A stretch of 64,000 nt of DNA, taken from NCBI GenBank assembly GCA_024279115.1, contig JAJRRW010000121.1, forward strand, positions 7,614 through 71,613, written 5' to 3'. A program made the position numbers and the translations under genes. Of the stretch, positions 19,133 through 29,805 are shown piece by piece; positions within the stretch are counted from its first letter, which is position 1; every line of letters begins with the position of its first letter. The DNA is from Alphaproteobacteria bacterium. GTDB lineage: Bacteria; Pseudomonadota; Alphaproteobacteria; Rhizobiales; JAKIUO01. Below the pieces are notes generated by a model. That model was not told where the DNA came from and searched no databases. It saw nothing but the letters and a program-made list of their open reading frames with translations.

Positions 19133-20644
19133 CTACGCGCTCTCTTCAACCAGCAATGATAATTGCTTATCAATGGCTTGGCCGGAGCGATCCAGTAATC
19201 TGGTGGGATAATCTCCCGTAAAGCAATGATCAGTGAACTGCGGTGTTTCGTTGTTTCGGCCCTTGAAGCCCATCGCCTTATAGATCCCCTCAATGGATAA
19301 GAAGGCCAAACTGTCGGCACCGATAAAATCATTGATCTCGGCAACTGATCTGCCTGCGGCAATAAGGGAAGATCGCTTGGGTGTGTCGATGCCGTAAAAG
19401 TCAGGATGGGTGATGGGCGGGCTGGAAATACGCATATGCACTTCCTTGGCCCCGGCTTCATACATCATCTTGACGATTTTCATGCTGGTGGTGCCACGTA
19501 CAATGCTGTCATCCACCAGAATGATGCGTTTGCCAGCAATGGAATGGCAGTTGGCGCTATGTTTCAAGCGCACCCCAAGTTCGCGGATTTTCTGGGCCGG
19601 TTCAATAAAAGTGCGCCCCACATAGTGATTGCGAATAATACCAAGTTCAAACGGTATATCTGATTTTTGGGCGTAACCGATTGCTGCGGGCAGACCGCTA
19701 TCTGGAACGGCGATCACCACATCGGCTTCAACACCTGATTCTTTCTCCAGTTCCGCGCCCATTCTTTTACGGACATCATAAACACAATGCCCACCGACGA
19801 TTGAATCCGGGCGCGCAAAGTAAATATATTCAAAAATGCAGGGGCGTGATTTGGTCTTGCCAAAGGGCTTGTAGGATTTAATGCCATCCTTGGTGATAAT
19901 CACAACTTCACCATTTTCGATCTCTCGCACGAATTCCGCGTCAATCATGTTGAGGGCACAGGTTTCTGAGGCCAGCACATAAGAATTTCCCTGCTTGCCA
20001 AGCACTAATGGCCTGATGCCATAGGGGTCACGAGCGCCGATGAGTTTCTTGTTGGTGAGCCCGACAAAGGCGTAGGCTCCCTCAATCTGCCTCAGGGCTT
20101 CTATAAACTTGTCGACAAATTTGCGCTCACGACTACGAGCGACGAGATGCAGCAAAACCTCGGTGTCAGAGGTCGTTTGGCAAATGGCCCCATCCTTGAT
20201 CAGCTCTTCGCGTAATGTAATGGCATTGGTCAAATTGCCATTGTGGCAAATCGCAAAGCCACCTGTGGCAAGGTCAGCATAAAGCGGCTGGGTGTTTTGT
20301 AAAATGGTGTCGCCGGTGGTTGAATAGCGCACATGGCCAATGGCGGTTCTGCCAACCAGTTTTTTTATGACTTTTTCGGAGGTGAAATGATCACCGACCT
20401 TGCCTAGATGTCGCTCGGATATAAATCTATTGCCGTCAAAAGATATAATACCAGCGGCTTCTTGTCCCCGATGCTGCAGGGCATGCAACCCCAAAGTCGT
20501 AAAAGCAGCGGCATCATCGTGATCGAAAATACCAAACACACCGCATTCTTCATGCAGCTTGTCATCATCGCCTAACAGGGATGAGCCGGCTTCAATCACC
20601 ATCGCGGATTGCTTGGCCGCGTTCTTCTCAAAAAGATGTGACAT
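19133..20644 (-). CDS. purF: Amidophosphoribosyltransferase
   Basis: Ntn-type CGVFGIF after a leader peptide. PRTase motif ILVDDSIVRGTT. Confidence 0.93.
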   Translation of the reverse strand: MSHLFEKNAAKQSAMVIEAGSSLLGDDDKLHEECGVFGIFDHDDAAAFTTLGLHALQHRGQEAAGIISFDGNRFISERHLGKVGDHFTSEKVIKKLVGRTAIGHVRYSTTGDTILQNTQPLYADLATGGFAICHNGNLTNAITLREELIKDGAICQTTSDTEVLLHLVARSRERKFVDKFIEALRQIEGAYAFVGLTNKKLIGARDPYGIRPLVLGKQGNSYVLASETCALNMIDAEFVREIENGEVVIITKDGIKSYKPFGKTKSRPCIFEYIYFARPDSIVGGHCVYDVRKRMGAELEKESGVEADVVIAVPDSGLPAAIGYAQKSDIPFELGIIRNHYVGRTFIEPAQKIRELGVRLKHSANCHSIAGKRIILVDDSIVRGTTSMKIVKMMYEAGAKEVHMRISSPPITHPDFYGIDTPKRSSLIAAGRSVAEINDFIGADSLAFLSIEGIYKAMGFKGRNNETPQFTDHCFTGDYPTRLLDRSGQAIDKQLSLLVEESA

Positions 20645-20750
20645 GCAACCATCCTCTGCGTGACCAATGAAGTCGATTTCTTAGCACAGTCCAAGATTTA
20701 AGGCGAGGACGAAAAATCGCGACACTTTAACCCAGGAAGGTCAATTGGTT

Positions 20751-21296
20751 CTATTGCTGCTCTTCCTCGGGCTCACCCTTGCCAAGAATACCCATGATCT
20801 TGACGGCAAATCGGTGTCCGACTTTTTCCAACTTGTCGCTGGTCCATTCAATCGCATCACGTGAATAGGCATCCTCGATAAAATCGGGGCGGCTTTTGTC
20901 ATCGGTAAATTTGATGAAGAACCAGAAAATGATCCCGACCAGGATCATGCCGCGCGCCAATCCAAACAAAAGACCCAAGGTGCGGTCAAGAGCGCCAATA
21001 CTGCTATCAAGAACCCAGTCACCCACCTTGATCGTCAACAGGCTGACAATGATCAAAACAACAAGAAAGACAATACCAGCCGCACCGCCAATAACCGCGA
21101 TGTCAGGCAAACCGTCCGGGGCCAGCTGCTTGATTTCCTCTTGATAGAAGAAATAGGTGATAGCAGCGGCAGCCGCAGCGGCAATCCAGGCGGCAATTGA
21201 CAATAGTTCGCGTGTTAATCCACGTAGCATGGCCAAAAAGCCGGATATCAGCATGACCGCAGCCAAAACCAAATCAAGAACCGTTAATGATGGCAT
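20751..21296 (-). CDS. cvpA: CvpA-family membrane protein (colicin V production protein)
   Basis: Four hydrophobic segments. Conserved position between radA and purF. The start is placed at the MPSLTVLDLVL methionine. Confidence 0.8.
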   Translation of the reverse strand: MPSLTVLDLVLAAVMLISGFLAMLRGLTRELLSIAAWIAAAAAAAITYFFYQEEIKQLAPDGLPDIAVIGGAAGIVFLVVLIIVSLLTIKVGDWVLDSSIGALDRTLGLLFGLARGMILVGIIFWFFIKFTDDKSRPDFIEDAYSRDAIEWTSDKLEKVGHRFAVKIMGILGKGEPEEEQQ

Positions 21297-21387
21297 TCGT
21301 TTCCGAGCCCCTCTTTGCATCGTTCAGCGTTCGTACTGTGTATATATAAAGCCCCTCACATCTCGTAAAGGACATACTATCACAGTG

Positions 21388-22812
21388 TTAATCAACTGTT
21401 TTTGTTTCTTTATGACCCAGTTCCTGGCTTTTTGCGCCCTCGGACCCGAGTATATTTGCTGTTAAAGCACTAAGATGAGGCAGATTTTCGACCAATATCT
21501 TTTTATCAGCCACCTCTCCGTCAACTGGCATCGGCATGGTGGCCGATTTAAACCCCAGCTTGCGGGCTTCTTTTAGTCGTGCGCCCATATGCCCGACATT
21601 ACGGACAGCTCCTGATAGGGATATTTCCCCAAAGAATACACGATCAATTGGCAGCGCGATACCAGATAGCGCGGATATAAGCGCGGCGGCAATGGCCACA
21701 TCGGCAGCCGGTTCCGTAATTCGCAAGCCGCCAGCAACGTTGAGGTAAACATCATGAGCGCCAAAGCGCAAGCCACATCTGGCGCTCAACACCGCGATGA
21801 TCATGGCGAGACGGTTCGAATCGCACCCAACCACGGCGCGTCTGGGCGTGGCAAGAGAAGAGGCGGCGACCAGCGCCTGTATTTCCACAAGCACCGGTCG
21901 CGAGCCTTCAATACCAGCGAATACGGCAGCGCCGGGGCTATCATCGTTGCGATCACCAAGAAACATTTCCGAGGGATTGGCGACCTCGGCCAGTCCCTCA
22001 TTTTTCATCTCGAACACGCCGATTTCATCCGTGGCGCCAAACCGGTTTTTTACAGCCCGTAAAATACGAAACTGGTGTCCGCTGTCGCCTTCAAAATACA
22101 GCACCGTATCAACCATATGTTCGACGACTTTTGGACCAGCGATCTGCCCGTCTTTGGTGACATGGCCAACGATCAACAACGCGGCTCCAGAACGCTTGGC
22201 GTAGCGAACGAGATGCTGAGAACAAGCGCGCACCTGCGAAACTGTGCCAGGGGCGGCGTCAAGACTATCTGACCAGACGGTCTGAATACTATCAATTATG
22301 ACCATGGCCGGGGGATCACCAGCCTCCAGCGTCGATAAAATATTGGCCACATTGGTCTCGGCAGCCAAGCCAACCGGTGCATCCGTAACCTTAAGCCTTT
22401 TAGCCCGCAGACGCACCTGGGCTGTTGCTTCTTCTCCCGAGAAATAAAGAGCGCGATGGCCTTTGTTGGCAAGCACCGCCGCCACCTGCAACAAAAGGGT
22501 AGATTTGCCAATCCCTGGTTCACCGCCCACAAGAATAGCGGAACCTGGCACCAGCCCGCCTCCTGTGACCCGGTCAAATTCAGCAATATCGGTCATTAGC
22601 CGCGGAACATCAGCAACTTCGGTGTCAAGACTTTCAAGCTCCAGCGTCAGGCCCTTGGTTTGCTTTTTTGAGGGACCACCGGCAACACCGCTATTTTTGG
22701 ACACTTGCTCGGCAATGGTGTTCCATTCTCCACAAGCATTACAACGCCCCGCCCACTGGCCGCTGGTGGCACCACAGCTCTGGCAGGCAAAACTGTTTTT
22801 CTGACGAGCCAC
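21388..22812 (-). CDS. radA: DNA repair protein RadA/Sms
   Basis: N-terminal zinc ribbon (CQSCG...CNACGEWN), Walker A GEPGIGKSTLLLQ, KNRFG motif and a Lon-like C-terminal domain. GTG start at 22812. Confidence 0.93.
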   Translation of the reverse strand: MARQKNSFACQSCGATSGQWAGRCNACGEWNTIAEQVSKNSGVAGGPSKKQTKGLTLELESLDTEVADVPRLMTDIAEFDRVTGGGLVPGSAILVGGEPGIGKSTLLLQVAAVLANKGHRALYFSGEEATAQVRLRAKRLKVTDAPVGLAAETNVANILSTLEAGDPPAMVIIDSIQTVWSDSLDAAPGTVSQVRACSQHLVRYAKRSGAALLIVGHVTKDGQIAGPKVVEHMVDTVLYFEGDSGHQFRILRAVKNRFGATDEIGVFEMKNEGLAEVANPSEMFLGDRNDDSPGAAVFAGIEGSRPVLVEIQALVAASSLATPRRAVVGCDSNRLAMIIAVLSARCGLRFGAHDVYLNVAGGLRITEPAADVAIAAALISALSGIALPIDRVFFGEISLSGAVRNVGHMGARLKEARKLGFKSATMPMPVDGEVADKKILVENLPHLSALTANILGSEGAKSQELGHKETKTVD

Positions 22813-23951
22813 TATTTTGCACCTATATATTGGCGTTCATAGCGGGTGCCAAGCGAGGTTAATATCTCATAGCTGATGGTGCCCGCAATGTTTGCCAGAT
22901 CATCGATGGATACATGGTGACCCAGCAGCTCGACCGGCGCTCCCACTACGAGCACCTCATCCGGAATATCGGTGACATCAATGGTGATGAGATCCATGGA
23001 CACTCGGCCAGCAAGAGGGGCCTCATGATTGCCGATATAGGCGTTCGCACCTTTTTGATCAGTGGTAGAGCCAAGCGCCCTGTGATAGCCATCGGCATAG
23101 CCAACCGGCAAGGTGGCAAGGCGGGTCTGGCGTTTCGTGACATAGGCGCCGCCATAGCCAACGGGGTCGCCTTTATCGACCGTCCGCAATTGAACAATAT
23201 GGGTGATCAGGGAGACCACGGGGCGCATCGCACTTGCCGCGTCCTTATTGGGTTGCCCACCATAAAGCGCGATCCCGGGTCGCACCAGATCAAGCGCATA
23301 GCCGGGTCCCAGAAAAATACCAGCTGAATTGGCCAGCGAGGAGGGAGTGGATGGAAAGTCCAATAGAAATCCCGACAATGTCTCAAGCTGTTTTTGATTG
23401 CTCGGGTGGGCTGGTTCGTCCGCGCAGGCCAAATGGCTCATGACGAGATCGATTTCAATATCTTTGAGGAGGGTATCTTTGTCAGCGACAAGCCCTTTCG
23501 TCTCGTCAGCATCAAGCCCGAGACGGTTCATTCCCGTGTCCAGATGCAAGGCGACTGGATGACGGCAATCCAGCAAAGTACAAAAGGCCGCCCAGTGCTC
23601 CAGCATTGTCAATGATCCCAGTACCGGCGTCAGCCCATGTTCAATAAAGATGGAGCCCGATCCATTGAACACCCCGTCCAATATGTAGATTTTGATATCG
23701 GAATATCATTCACGCAGGGCAATGCCTTCTTGAAGCGTGGCCACGAAAAACGTGCGGCAACCAAGATCATAGAGGACAGGCACAATATGTGCCGCTCCAA
23801 GGCCATAGGCGTCCGCCTTGACCACGGCGGCACATTGCGCCCCCAAAGCCAGTTCTCGCAATTGCGCATAATTTTGCCCAATCGCTGAAAGATTAATCGT
23901 CAGCAGGGCCGGCGATCCAGACGCCATGTCAGGTATAGAATTCAATGACAT
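22812..23951 (-). pseudogene. alr: Alanine racemase interrupted by an in-frame TGA at 23706-23708
   Basis: The N-terminal ORF (23951-23709) has the PLP-lysine motif AVVKADAYGLG and ends ...QEGIALRE*. The same frame continues YSDIKIYILDGVF... into ORF 23681-22812, which carries HLDTGMNRLG, VGYGG and GRVSMD. Confidence 0.85.
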
Positions 23952-24085
23952 ATATATTCAGCCTGTCTCAAAAAAAACCGTATCATCTAGAATATCATCC
24001 CCGTTTGCGCGGGGATGACATTGATGTTTATCGCACCGATGCTGAAAATTTGAAAGGCATGTTGGTCCGGGATTGTTCGTCGCGA

Positions 24086-25612
24086 CTAAAAATCACGGCG
24101 ATCTGGAATATGTTCATTGTCGATATAATCGGAAAAGCGTGTAAATTCACCGGTAAACTGCATTTTTACAGTGCCCACCGGTCCATGACGCTGTTTGGCG
24201 ACAATGACCTCTGCAAGCCCCATGGTTCGATCCATTTCATCCTGCCAGGTGAGATGTTCGGGGGTTCCTTCGCGCGGCTCGGCGCGCGAGACATAATATT
24301 CTTCACGATACACAAACAACACGACATCCGCGTCTTGCTCAATTGAACCAGATTCACGAAGGTCGGAAAGCTGAGGACGCTTGTCTTCGCGTGATTCGAC
24401 TTGCCGAGAAAGCTGGGACAAGGCGATTATTGGCACCGCCAGTTCTTTGGCCAGCGCTTTTAGGCCGGTGGTGATTTCGGTAATTTCCTGCACGCGGTTG
24501 GCGTTCGAATTTCCAGACCCGGTCAAAAGCTGCAAATAATCAACAATGATGACCCCCAGATTATGCTGGCGTTTCAAGCGTCTTGCCCGCGCTGCCAGCT
24601 GGGCAATGGAAATGCCGCCGGTTGGATCGATAAAGAACGGTATTTCCTGAAGGTCTTGTGAAACCCGCACCAACTCCCTGAAATCATCATCCGAGATCAT
24701 GCCACGACGAATTTTTTCAGAAGGCACCAGTGACTGCTCGGACACAATACGGGTGGCCAATTGTTCCGAAGACATCTCCAATGAATAGAAGCCAACAACG
24801 GCCCCGTCTTCCACCGGCGCACCATCTGGACCTGCTGGCTGCCTGGCTGCCATATTATGCGCTTTGGCAATGTTAAAGGCGATATTGGTGGCAAGGGCCG
24901 TTTTGCCCATACTGGGGCGCCCGGCCAGAACAATCAGGTCAGATCCTTGCAAACCGCCCATCTGGCGATCAAGATCAGTGAGGCCGGTAGAGACACCCGA
25001 CAGACCGCCGCCACGGCGATAAGCGGCATCCGCCATCTCGATGCAGCCGCGCAGAGCCGAGGAAAAACTCTCAAAACCCTGGCCATATTTGCCGGTTTCC
25101 GCCAGCTTATAGAGTTTTTGCTCGGCCTCTTCAATTTGCAATCCCGGCGGCTCCTCCACCGATGACACATAGGCCGTATTGACCATATCCTCACCAATGA
25201 TGATCAGCGATCTACGTTGCGCCAGATCATAGATGGTCTGGCCATATTCCTTGGCATTGATAATGGTGGTGGCACCTGCCGCCAGCCGCCCCAGATATTG
25301 CGGCACCGTCAGATTTTCATCAATCGGTTCTTCATTATCGAAAAATGTCTTGAGCGTGATCGGCGTTGCCGGCTTGCTGCTCTGGATCAATCGCGCCGCG
25401 ACTTGAAAGATGCGGCCATGCAAGGGCTCGAAGAAATGATCGACCTCCAGAAAGGAGGAAACCCGATCATGGGCTTCATTGTTGACCAATATGGCACCAA
25501 GCAGAGCCTGCTCGGCTTCAATATTGTGCGGAGCCATGCGAAATGGCAATACGTTATCATCCGTGCCCGGCGCGGCCGGGGACGAGATGTCCTGGGGATT
25601 TGTCTGTGTCAT
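24086..25612 (-). CDS. dnaB: Replicative DNA helicase
   Basis: 508 aa. PHNIEAEQALLGAIL N-terminus, Walker A AGRPSMGKTALA, IIVDYLQL and ALSQLSRQVE motifs. Confidence 0.93.
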   Translation of the reverse strand: MTQTNPQDISSPAAPGTDDNVLPFRMAPHNIEAEQALLGAILVNNEAHDRVSSFLEVDHFFEPLHGRIFQVAARLIQSSKPATPITLKTFFDNEEPIDENLTVPQYLGRLAAGATTIINAKEYGQTIYDLAQRRSLIIIGEDMVNTAYVSSVEEPPGLQIEEAEQKLYKLAETGKYGQGFESFSSALRGCIEMADAAYRRGGGLSGVSTGLTDLDRQMGGLQGSDLIVLAGRPSMGKTALATNIAFNIAKAHNMAARQPAGPDGAPVEDGAVVGFYSLEMSSEQLATRIVSEQSLVPSEKIRRGMISDDDFRELVRVSQDLQEIPFFIDPTGGISIAQLAARARRLKRQHNLGVIIVDYLQLLTGSGNSNANRVQEITEITTGLKALAKELAVPIIALSQLSRQVESREDKRPQLSDLRESGSIEQDADVVLFVYREEYYVSRAEPREGTPEHLTWQDEMDRTMGLAEVIVAKQRHGPVGTVKMQFTGEFTRFSDYIDNEHIPDRRDF

Positions 25613-25811
25613 GAAAAGAGTGTGAGCCGATTCGCACCTTGCATCAAAAGCTCAATTGACGCTGTGAATAGCTATGCCCGCAATCCACAGCGAGCCTGTG
25701 CATGAAAATATTTTTTTACCGGTCCGTCTCCTCATTGGCCAAGGCGTGCTTGACACTGTCATTGCGACCACACCCATGCCAATGAAAGAATCATTCCAGC
25801 CGCTGGGCAAC

Positions 25812-25847
25812 AAAAAACCGGCAATGCTGCAAGAGCACTGCCGGTTT
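25812..25847 (-). terminator. Rho-independent terminator after rplI
   Basis: The minus strand reads AACCGGCAGTGCTCTTGCAGCATTGCCGGTT, a 12-bp interrupted stem, followed by TTTTTTG. It lies 28 nt downstream of the rplI stop. Confidence 0.65.
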
Positions 25848-25874
25848 GAGCGTTTATGACAATTTTGACGCGCT

Positions 25875-26540
25875 TTATTTTTCGTCGCCTGCGGCCTCAT
25901 CGGATGCTTCAGAAGTCCGCTTTTTCGCGGGCTCCGCATCGCCTTGACCCGCGTCATCGTCACCAAGTTCAGCAGCGGCCTGTTCCGCATGCTCGTCCCC
26001 TTCAAAAATGTCCTCGGCTGCAATCACTTCCTCCTCATCACCGCCGTCGTCGATAGCTGTTACATCTTCACCACGTTCCTGGCGCATGGCTTCTTCATCG
26101 GTACGTGCCACATTGATGATAACGGAGACTTCAACTTCTGGATGCAGGCTAAGGCGAACATCATGCAAGCCCAGCAATTTGATTGGACGATCAAGCATCA
26201 CCTGGTTACGAGCTATCGAATAACCGTTTTCGGTAATCACATCGGTGATGTCTCTGGTGGCAACTGATCCATAGAGCTGCCCGGTATCACCGGCCTGACG
26301 AATGGCCACGAAATGCTTGCCATCTATTTTTTCGGCAACAGCGCTGGCTTCTGTCTTGGCTTCGAGATTGCGCGCTTCCAATTGCACACGCTGGGTTTCG
26401 AACAAAGTGCGATTGGCCTTGTTGGCCCGCAGTGCTTTGCCAACTGGCAACAGATAGTTGCGTGCAAATCCTGGTTTGACGGTGACTTCATCGCCCATTT
26501 GTCCAAGCCGCTTGATGCGCTCCAGCAAAATAACTTTCAT
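25875..26540 (-). CDS. rplI: 50S ribosomal protein L9 with acidic C-terminal extension
   Basis: [31 protein letters not shown]-terminus. Conserved rpsF-rpsR-x-rplI arrangement. Confidence 0.9.
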   Translation of the reverse strand: MKVILLERIKRLGQMGDEVTVKPGFARNYLLPVGKALRANKANRTLFETQRVQLEARNLEAKTEASAVAEKIDGKHFVAIRQAGDTGQLYGSVATRDITDVITENGYSIARNQVMLDRPIKLLGLHDVRLSLHPEVEVSVIINVARTDEEAMRQERGEDVTAIDDGGDEEEVIAAEDIFEGDEHAEQAAAELGDDDAGQGDAEPAKKRTSEASDEAAGDEK

Positions 26541-26605
26541 GATTCATACTCCTTGCTTTGTCTAAATCTTTAATCTGATCTGTGTTTACGATTGTCAATT
26601 GTGCC

Positions 26606-27577
26606 TCAAGAAGGCGTGATATTGGCCCGTCTTCGTATCTGAGCCAGTGGTTCTGCGACGCCAAGAATGATCAAAATGAGCGATCCCCAGCCAATAAAAA
26701 AAACAGCGATATAGGTGCCAAACAAAATAAGACCGCGGGCCGGATAGGGGCGCGTCAGATAATGTACAACCGCCAGTCCCATCAGCAAAAAGGCGATCAT
26801 CAAGGCACCGGTAAATCCCGACACGATCAGCCCCCCCATGCCAGGCATGGCCAGTGACAAGAAAAACAGGCCAATCAGCGCAAAAGAACTTTTGTAAGGA
26901 TATTCAATGCGCGAGAGATCAGGCCACGGACGGCTCAAACGCTCCGAAAGGCGGACAATATGGGCGGCGATCCACATATTGATTAATGCCAAAAGAGACC
27001 ACAACACAGCGGTTGAGGCTGGCAATATAGACTGGATGACACTCTTGTACTGACTAATTTGCTCAGGTTTCATTTCTTTGAAGAAGCCAGCCTCGGTCGC
27101 CTTGGCAATGATCAGGTCCAACTGCGAACCAACTCTATCAAGATAGGCTTCGTAAGAAGGCCCCAGCAACAACACCGTCATCGTGGCAAGCAGCCCGCCA
27201 TACAGGGCGACAATCAATATCAGATTGCCCACCGGATACCATTCGACTTCAGCCTGAGCATCATCGGTGTCCTCATTGGGAGCACCTGCAACGCGATACA
27301 AAAGCGCAAAATGGGTAATGATGACGGAGGGAATGGCGAGGGTCACGCCATAGGCAAGCGCCGGATTGAAGCCAAGACTTGCCAGAATAAGCCCCGTTCC
27401 AGCGAGGGCTGCAATGCCAGCCGCTCGCACCCCCCAACCAAACCCGGCAATGAATCCGGGCAGTGGCGCGAGATAAAACAGCAACAGGCCGATCCCCGAG
27501 CCAGTGGCAAGGGAGAGATAAAGCAGCGCTGCAACGCCGCCAGCGGCCAATCCCGCTATAAGTGGGTTCTGTATCAT
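26606..27577 (-). CDS. Polytopic membrane protein (DUF2232-like)
   Basis: 323-aa multi-TM ORF sitting between rpsR and rplI, the position such a protein usually occupies in alphaproteobacteria. The family name is recalled, not searched. Confidence 0.65.
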   Translation of the reverse strand: MIQNPLIAGLAAGGVAALLYLSLATGSGIGLLLFYLAPLPGFIAGFGWGVRAAGIAALAGTGLILASLGFNPALAYGVTLAIPSVIITHFALLYRVAGAPNEDTDDAQAEVEWYPVGNLILIVALYGGLLATMTVLLLGPSYEAYLDRVGSQLDLIIAKATEAGFFKEMKPEQISQYKSVIQSILPASTAVLWSLLALINMWIAAHIVRLSERLSRPWPDLSRIEYPYKSSFALIGLFFLSLAMPGMGGLIVSGFTGALMIAFLLMGLAVVHYLTRPYPARGLILFGTYIAVFFIGWGSLILIILGVAEPLAQIRRRANITPS

Positions 27578-27696
27578 ATTCGCTGTCCCGCTGGTTTGCG
27601 GTTAGAGATGAAGGCACAACAGGTGAGCCCTAATCATTCATCCCAACACTTGTGTTTTAAAGAGCCGCCAATAAAACACCGGCTCTTTATAGAAGT

Positions 27697-27942
27697 TTAG
27701 CCAATCACATAGGGTAGCAAGCCAAGGAAACGAGCGCGTTTGATGGCTTTGGCCAGTTCACGCTGTTTTTTGGCTGTCACTGCGGTGATCCGACTAGGCA
27801 CGATTTTGCCGCGTTCAGAGACATAGCGCTGCAAAAGTTTCACATCTTTATAGTCGATGGTCAGCCCGTTATCGCCAGAAAAAGGGCAGGTCTTGCGCCG
27901 ACGATGAAACGGGCGTCGGACTGGTAATTGTTCGATGTTCAT
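27697..27942 (-). CDS. rpsR: 30S ribosomal protein S18
   Basis: 81 aa with CPF...[25 protein letters not shown]. Confidence 0.93.
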   Translation of the reverse strand: MNIEQLPVRRPFHRRRKTCPFSGDNGLTIDYKDVKLLQRYVSERGKIVPSRITAVTAKKQRELAKAIKRARFLGLLPYVIG

Positions 27943-27951
27943 GATTGATCC

Positions 27952-28398
27952 CTATCTGTCGTCGCGATTGTCTGAACGAGGGGGGCGTCGGTCTTCACGA
28001 GGTCCGCCCCGTGAACCATCACGGCCACCACCTCCACCGAAACGACCACCACCGCGTGGTGTACGATCATCGCGATCAGATTTGCGCATCATGGCTGATG
28101 GTCCTTCTTCATGCTCATCAACGCGGATGGTCATGAACCGCAACACATCATTGGTCAGCGTCATCTGACGCTCCATTTCAGCAAGCGCCGCATGCGGTGT
28201 TTCCAGCTGGAAGTAACCATAATGAGCCTTGCGATTTTTCTTGATGCGGTAGGAGAGATTTTTCAGGCCCCAATATTCGGAATTGTGGACCTTGCCGCCG
28301 TTTTCTTTCAAAACACCGGTGAATTTTTCTGTCAGAGCTTCCATCTGCTGCGCCGAGATATCATGGCGTGCGATGAAAACATGCTCGTATAATGGCAT
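27952..28398 (-). CDS. rpsF: 30S ribosomal protein S6 with Arg/Gly-rich tail
   Basis: Real start [13 protein letters not shown] at 28398. The upstream 78 aa in the ORF track have no S6 counterpart. Confidence 0.9.
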   Translation of the reverse strand: MPLYEHVFIARHDISAQQMEALTEKFTGVLKENGGKVHNSEYWGLKNLSYRIKKNRKAHYGYFQLETPHAALAEMERQMTLTNDVLRFMTIRVDEHEEGPSAMMRKSDRDDRTPRGGGRFGGGGGRDGSRGGPREDRRPPRSDNRDDR

Positions 28399-28817
28399 GG
28401 AGTTGAGCCTTGTTCTAAATTCCAGCGGACGGGTCGTTCGCAAGAAATAGTTGGGTGACACGATTGTCAAATACGTCAAAGTCCGGTGCGGAGCCTCTTT
28501 GAGCAACTGCTTCCCGAAAGGGAAAAGGCTCATTAAGTCAGTTCCGTAAAGAGTGAAGACACGGGATGAGATCGTTCTTGCTGCCATAGGCAACAAGGAA
28601 ATATCACTTCCGTTCAGCCTCCAACCGGCCAAATACCGTAAAGCAGGACATATATATGAATGAGGGGGGCTTTGGCAAGAAAAACCTGCATATATCTAAT
28701 GAGTTTGACGCTCACCGCTCCCTCCCTTGAAATACCTATGTTCTTGACACAATAATCAGATGCGCTATCAGTTCGAAATCCCCCATTCATGAGAGCATAA
28801 CAAGGAATGAACCAGCC

Positions 28818-29753
28818 ATGAGCACAGCATTCACGTTTCCAGGACAAGGTAGCCAGAAAATCGGCATGGGCTTTGATCTGGCCGAGCAGTATCCTGTGGC
28901 CAAACGCGTGTTCGACGAAGTGGACGAGGCCCTTGGTAAAAAACTGTCGCAAATCATCTGGGACGGCACCATCGAAGAACTGACCCTGACCGAGAATGCC
29001 CAACCGGCCCTGATGGCCGTGTCGATGGCGGTGATGCGTGTCCTTGAGGACAAGGGCTTTGATATGGCCACCAGCCTTAAATTTGTGGCCGGTCATTCGC
29101 TGGGAGAATATTCAGCTCTGGCCGCCAGTGGCGCCATAAGCCTGGCCGATACTGCAAAACTGCTACAGATTCGCGGGCAGGCCATGCAAAAAGCCGTGCC
29201 GGTGGGCGAGGGAGCCATGGCGGTGCTTCTGGGGCTTGATTTTGAGCCCGTCATCGACATTGCCAAACAAGCCGCTGAAGAGGATGTGTGCGCCGCCGCC
29301 AATGATAATGCGCCCGGGCAAGTGGTGGTCAGCGGCAGCAAAGCGGCCGTCGAACGGGCCATGGCGTTAGCGACAAAAGCCGGGGCGCGCCGCGCCATGT
29401 TGCTTCCCGTCAGTGCGCCCTTTCATTGTGAGATGATGTCGCCAGCCGCCAAGGCCATGGCACTGGCGCTTGCGGAGGTGACCATCCATGAGCCAACAGT
29501 GCCATTGATCGCCAATGTGCTGGCAACCCCTATCACCTCGCCAGATGAGATCAGACAACGACTGGTGGAGCAAGTAACCGGCACTGTGCGCTGGCGCGAA
29601 TCAGTCTCTTATATGGCGGCCAACGGCGTTGAGACCTTATATGAAGTGGGAGCTGGCCGTGTCTTGAGCGGTCTTGCACGGCGCATTGAGCGCAGCCTGC
29701 AATCGCCATCGATTGGCACACCTGCCGAAATTGAAGCGTTTTTCAGCTCCTGA
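28818..29753 (+). CDS. fabD: Malonyl-CoA:ACP transacylase
   Basis: FPGQGSQ and GHSLGEYSAL active-site motifs. Confidence 0.92.
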   Translation: MSTAFTFPGQGSQKIGMGFDLAEQYPVAKRVFDEVDEALGKKLSQIIWDGTIEELTLTENAQPALMAVSMAVMRVLEDKGFDMATSLKFVAGHSLGEYSALAASGAISLADTAKLLQIRGQAMQKAVPVGEGAMAVLLGLDFEPVIDIAKQAAEEDVCAAANDNAPGQVVVSGSKAAVERAMALATKAGARRAMLLPVSAPFHCEMMSPAAKAMALALAEVTIHEPTVPLIANVLATPITSPDEIRQRLVEQVTGTVRWRESVSYMAANGVETLYEVGAGRVLSGLARRIERSLQSPSIGTPAEIEAFFSS

Positions 29754-29805
29754 GCTGGGGATGACATACGATATCTAGATCAAGAAACAAAACAGGGAAT
29801 TGAGC

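Noticed and set aside
23706-23708. Selenocysteine insertion or TGA-to-Trp reassignment as an explanation for the in-frame TGA in alr.
   Set aside because: Alanine racemase is not a known selenoprotein. TGA terminates several neighbouring genes at their expected ends, so the code is standard.
25875-26100. Acidic C-terminal tail of L9 and the Arg/Gly-rich tail of S6 (27952-28090) as unusual fusions.
   Set aside because: Low-complexity C-terminal extensions of these two ribosomal proteins are common in alphaproteobacteria, to my knowledge. I saw no separate domain or frame change.
27796-27810. Sigma-54-like element AGGCACGATTTTGCC. A similar TGGCACGATCCTTCT lies at about 50533.
   Set aside because: Both lie inside coding sequences (rpsR and trkA) on the non-relevant strand, and their spacing or -12 element deviates from TGGCACG-N4-TTGCW.
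28399-28817. Possible S6:S18-binding autoregulatory leader upstream of rpsF, and sigma-70-like TTGACA elements in the divergent rpsF/fabD spacer.
   Set aside because: This is plausible from known biology, but I cannot verify the leader's secondary structure or the promoter spacing by eye with enough confidence to annotate coordinates.
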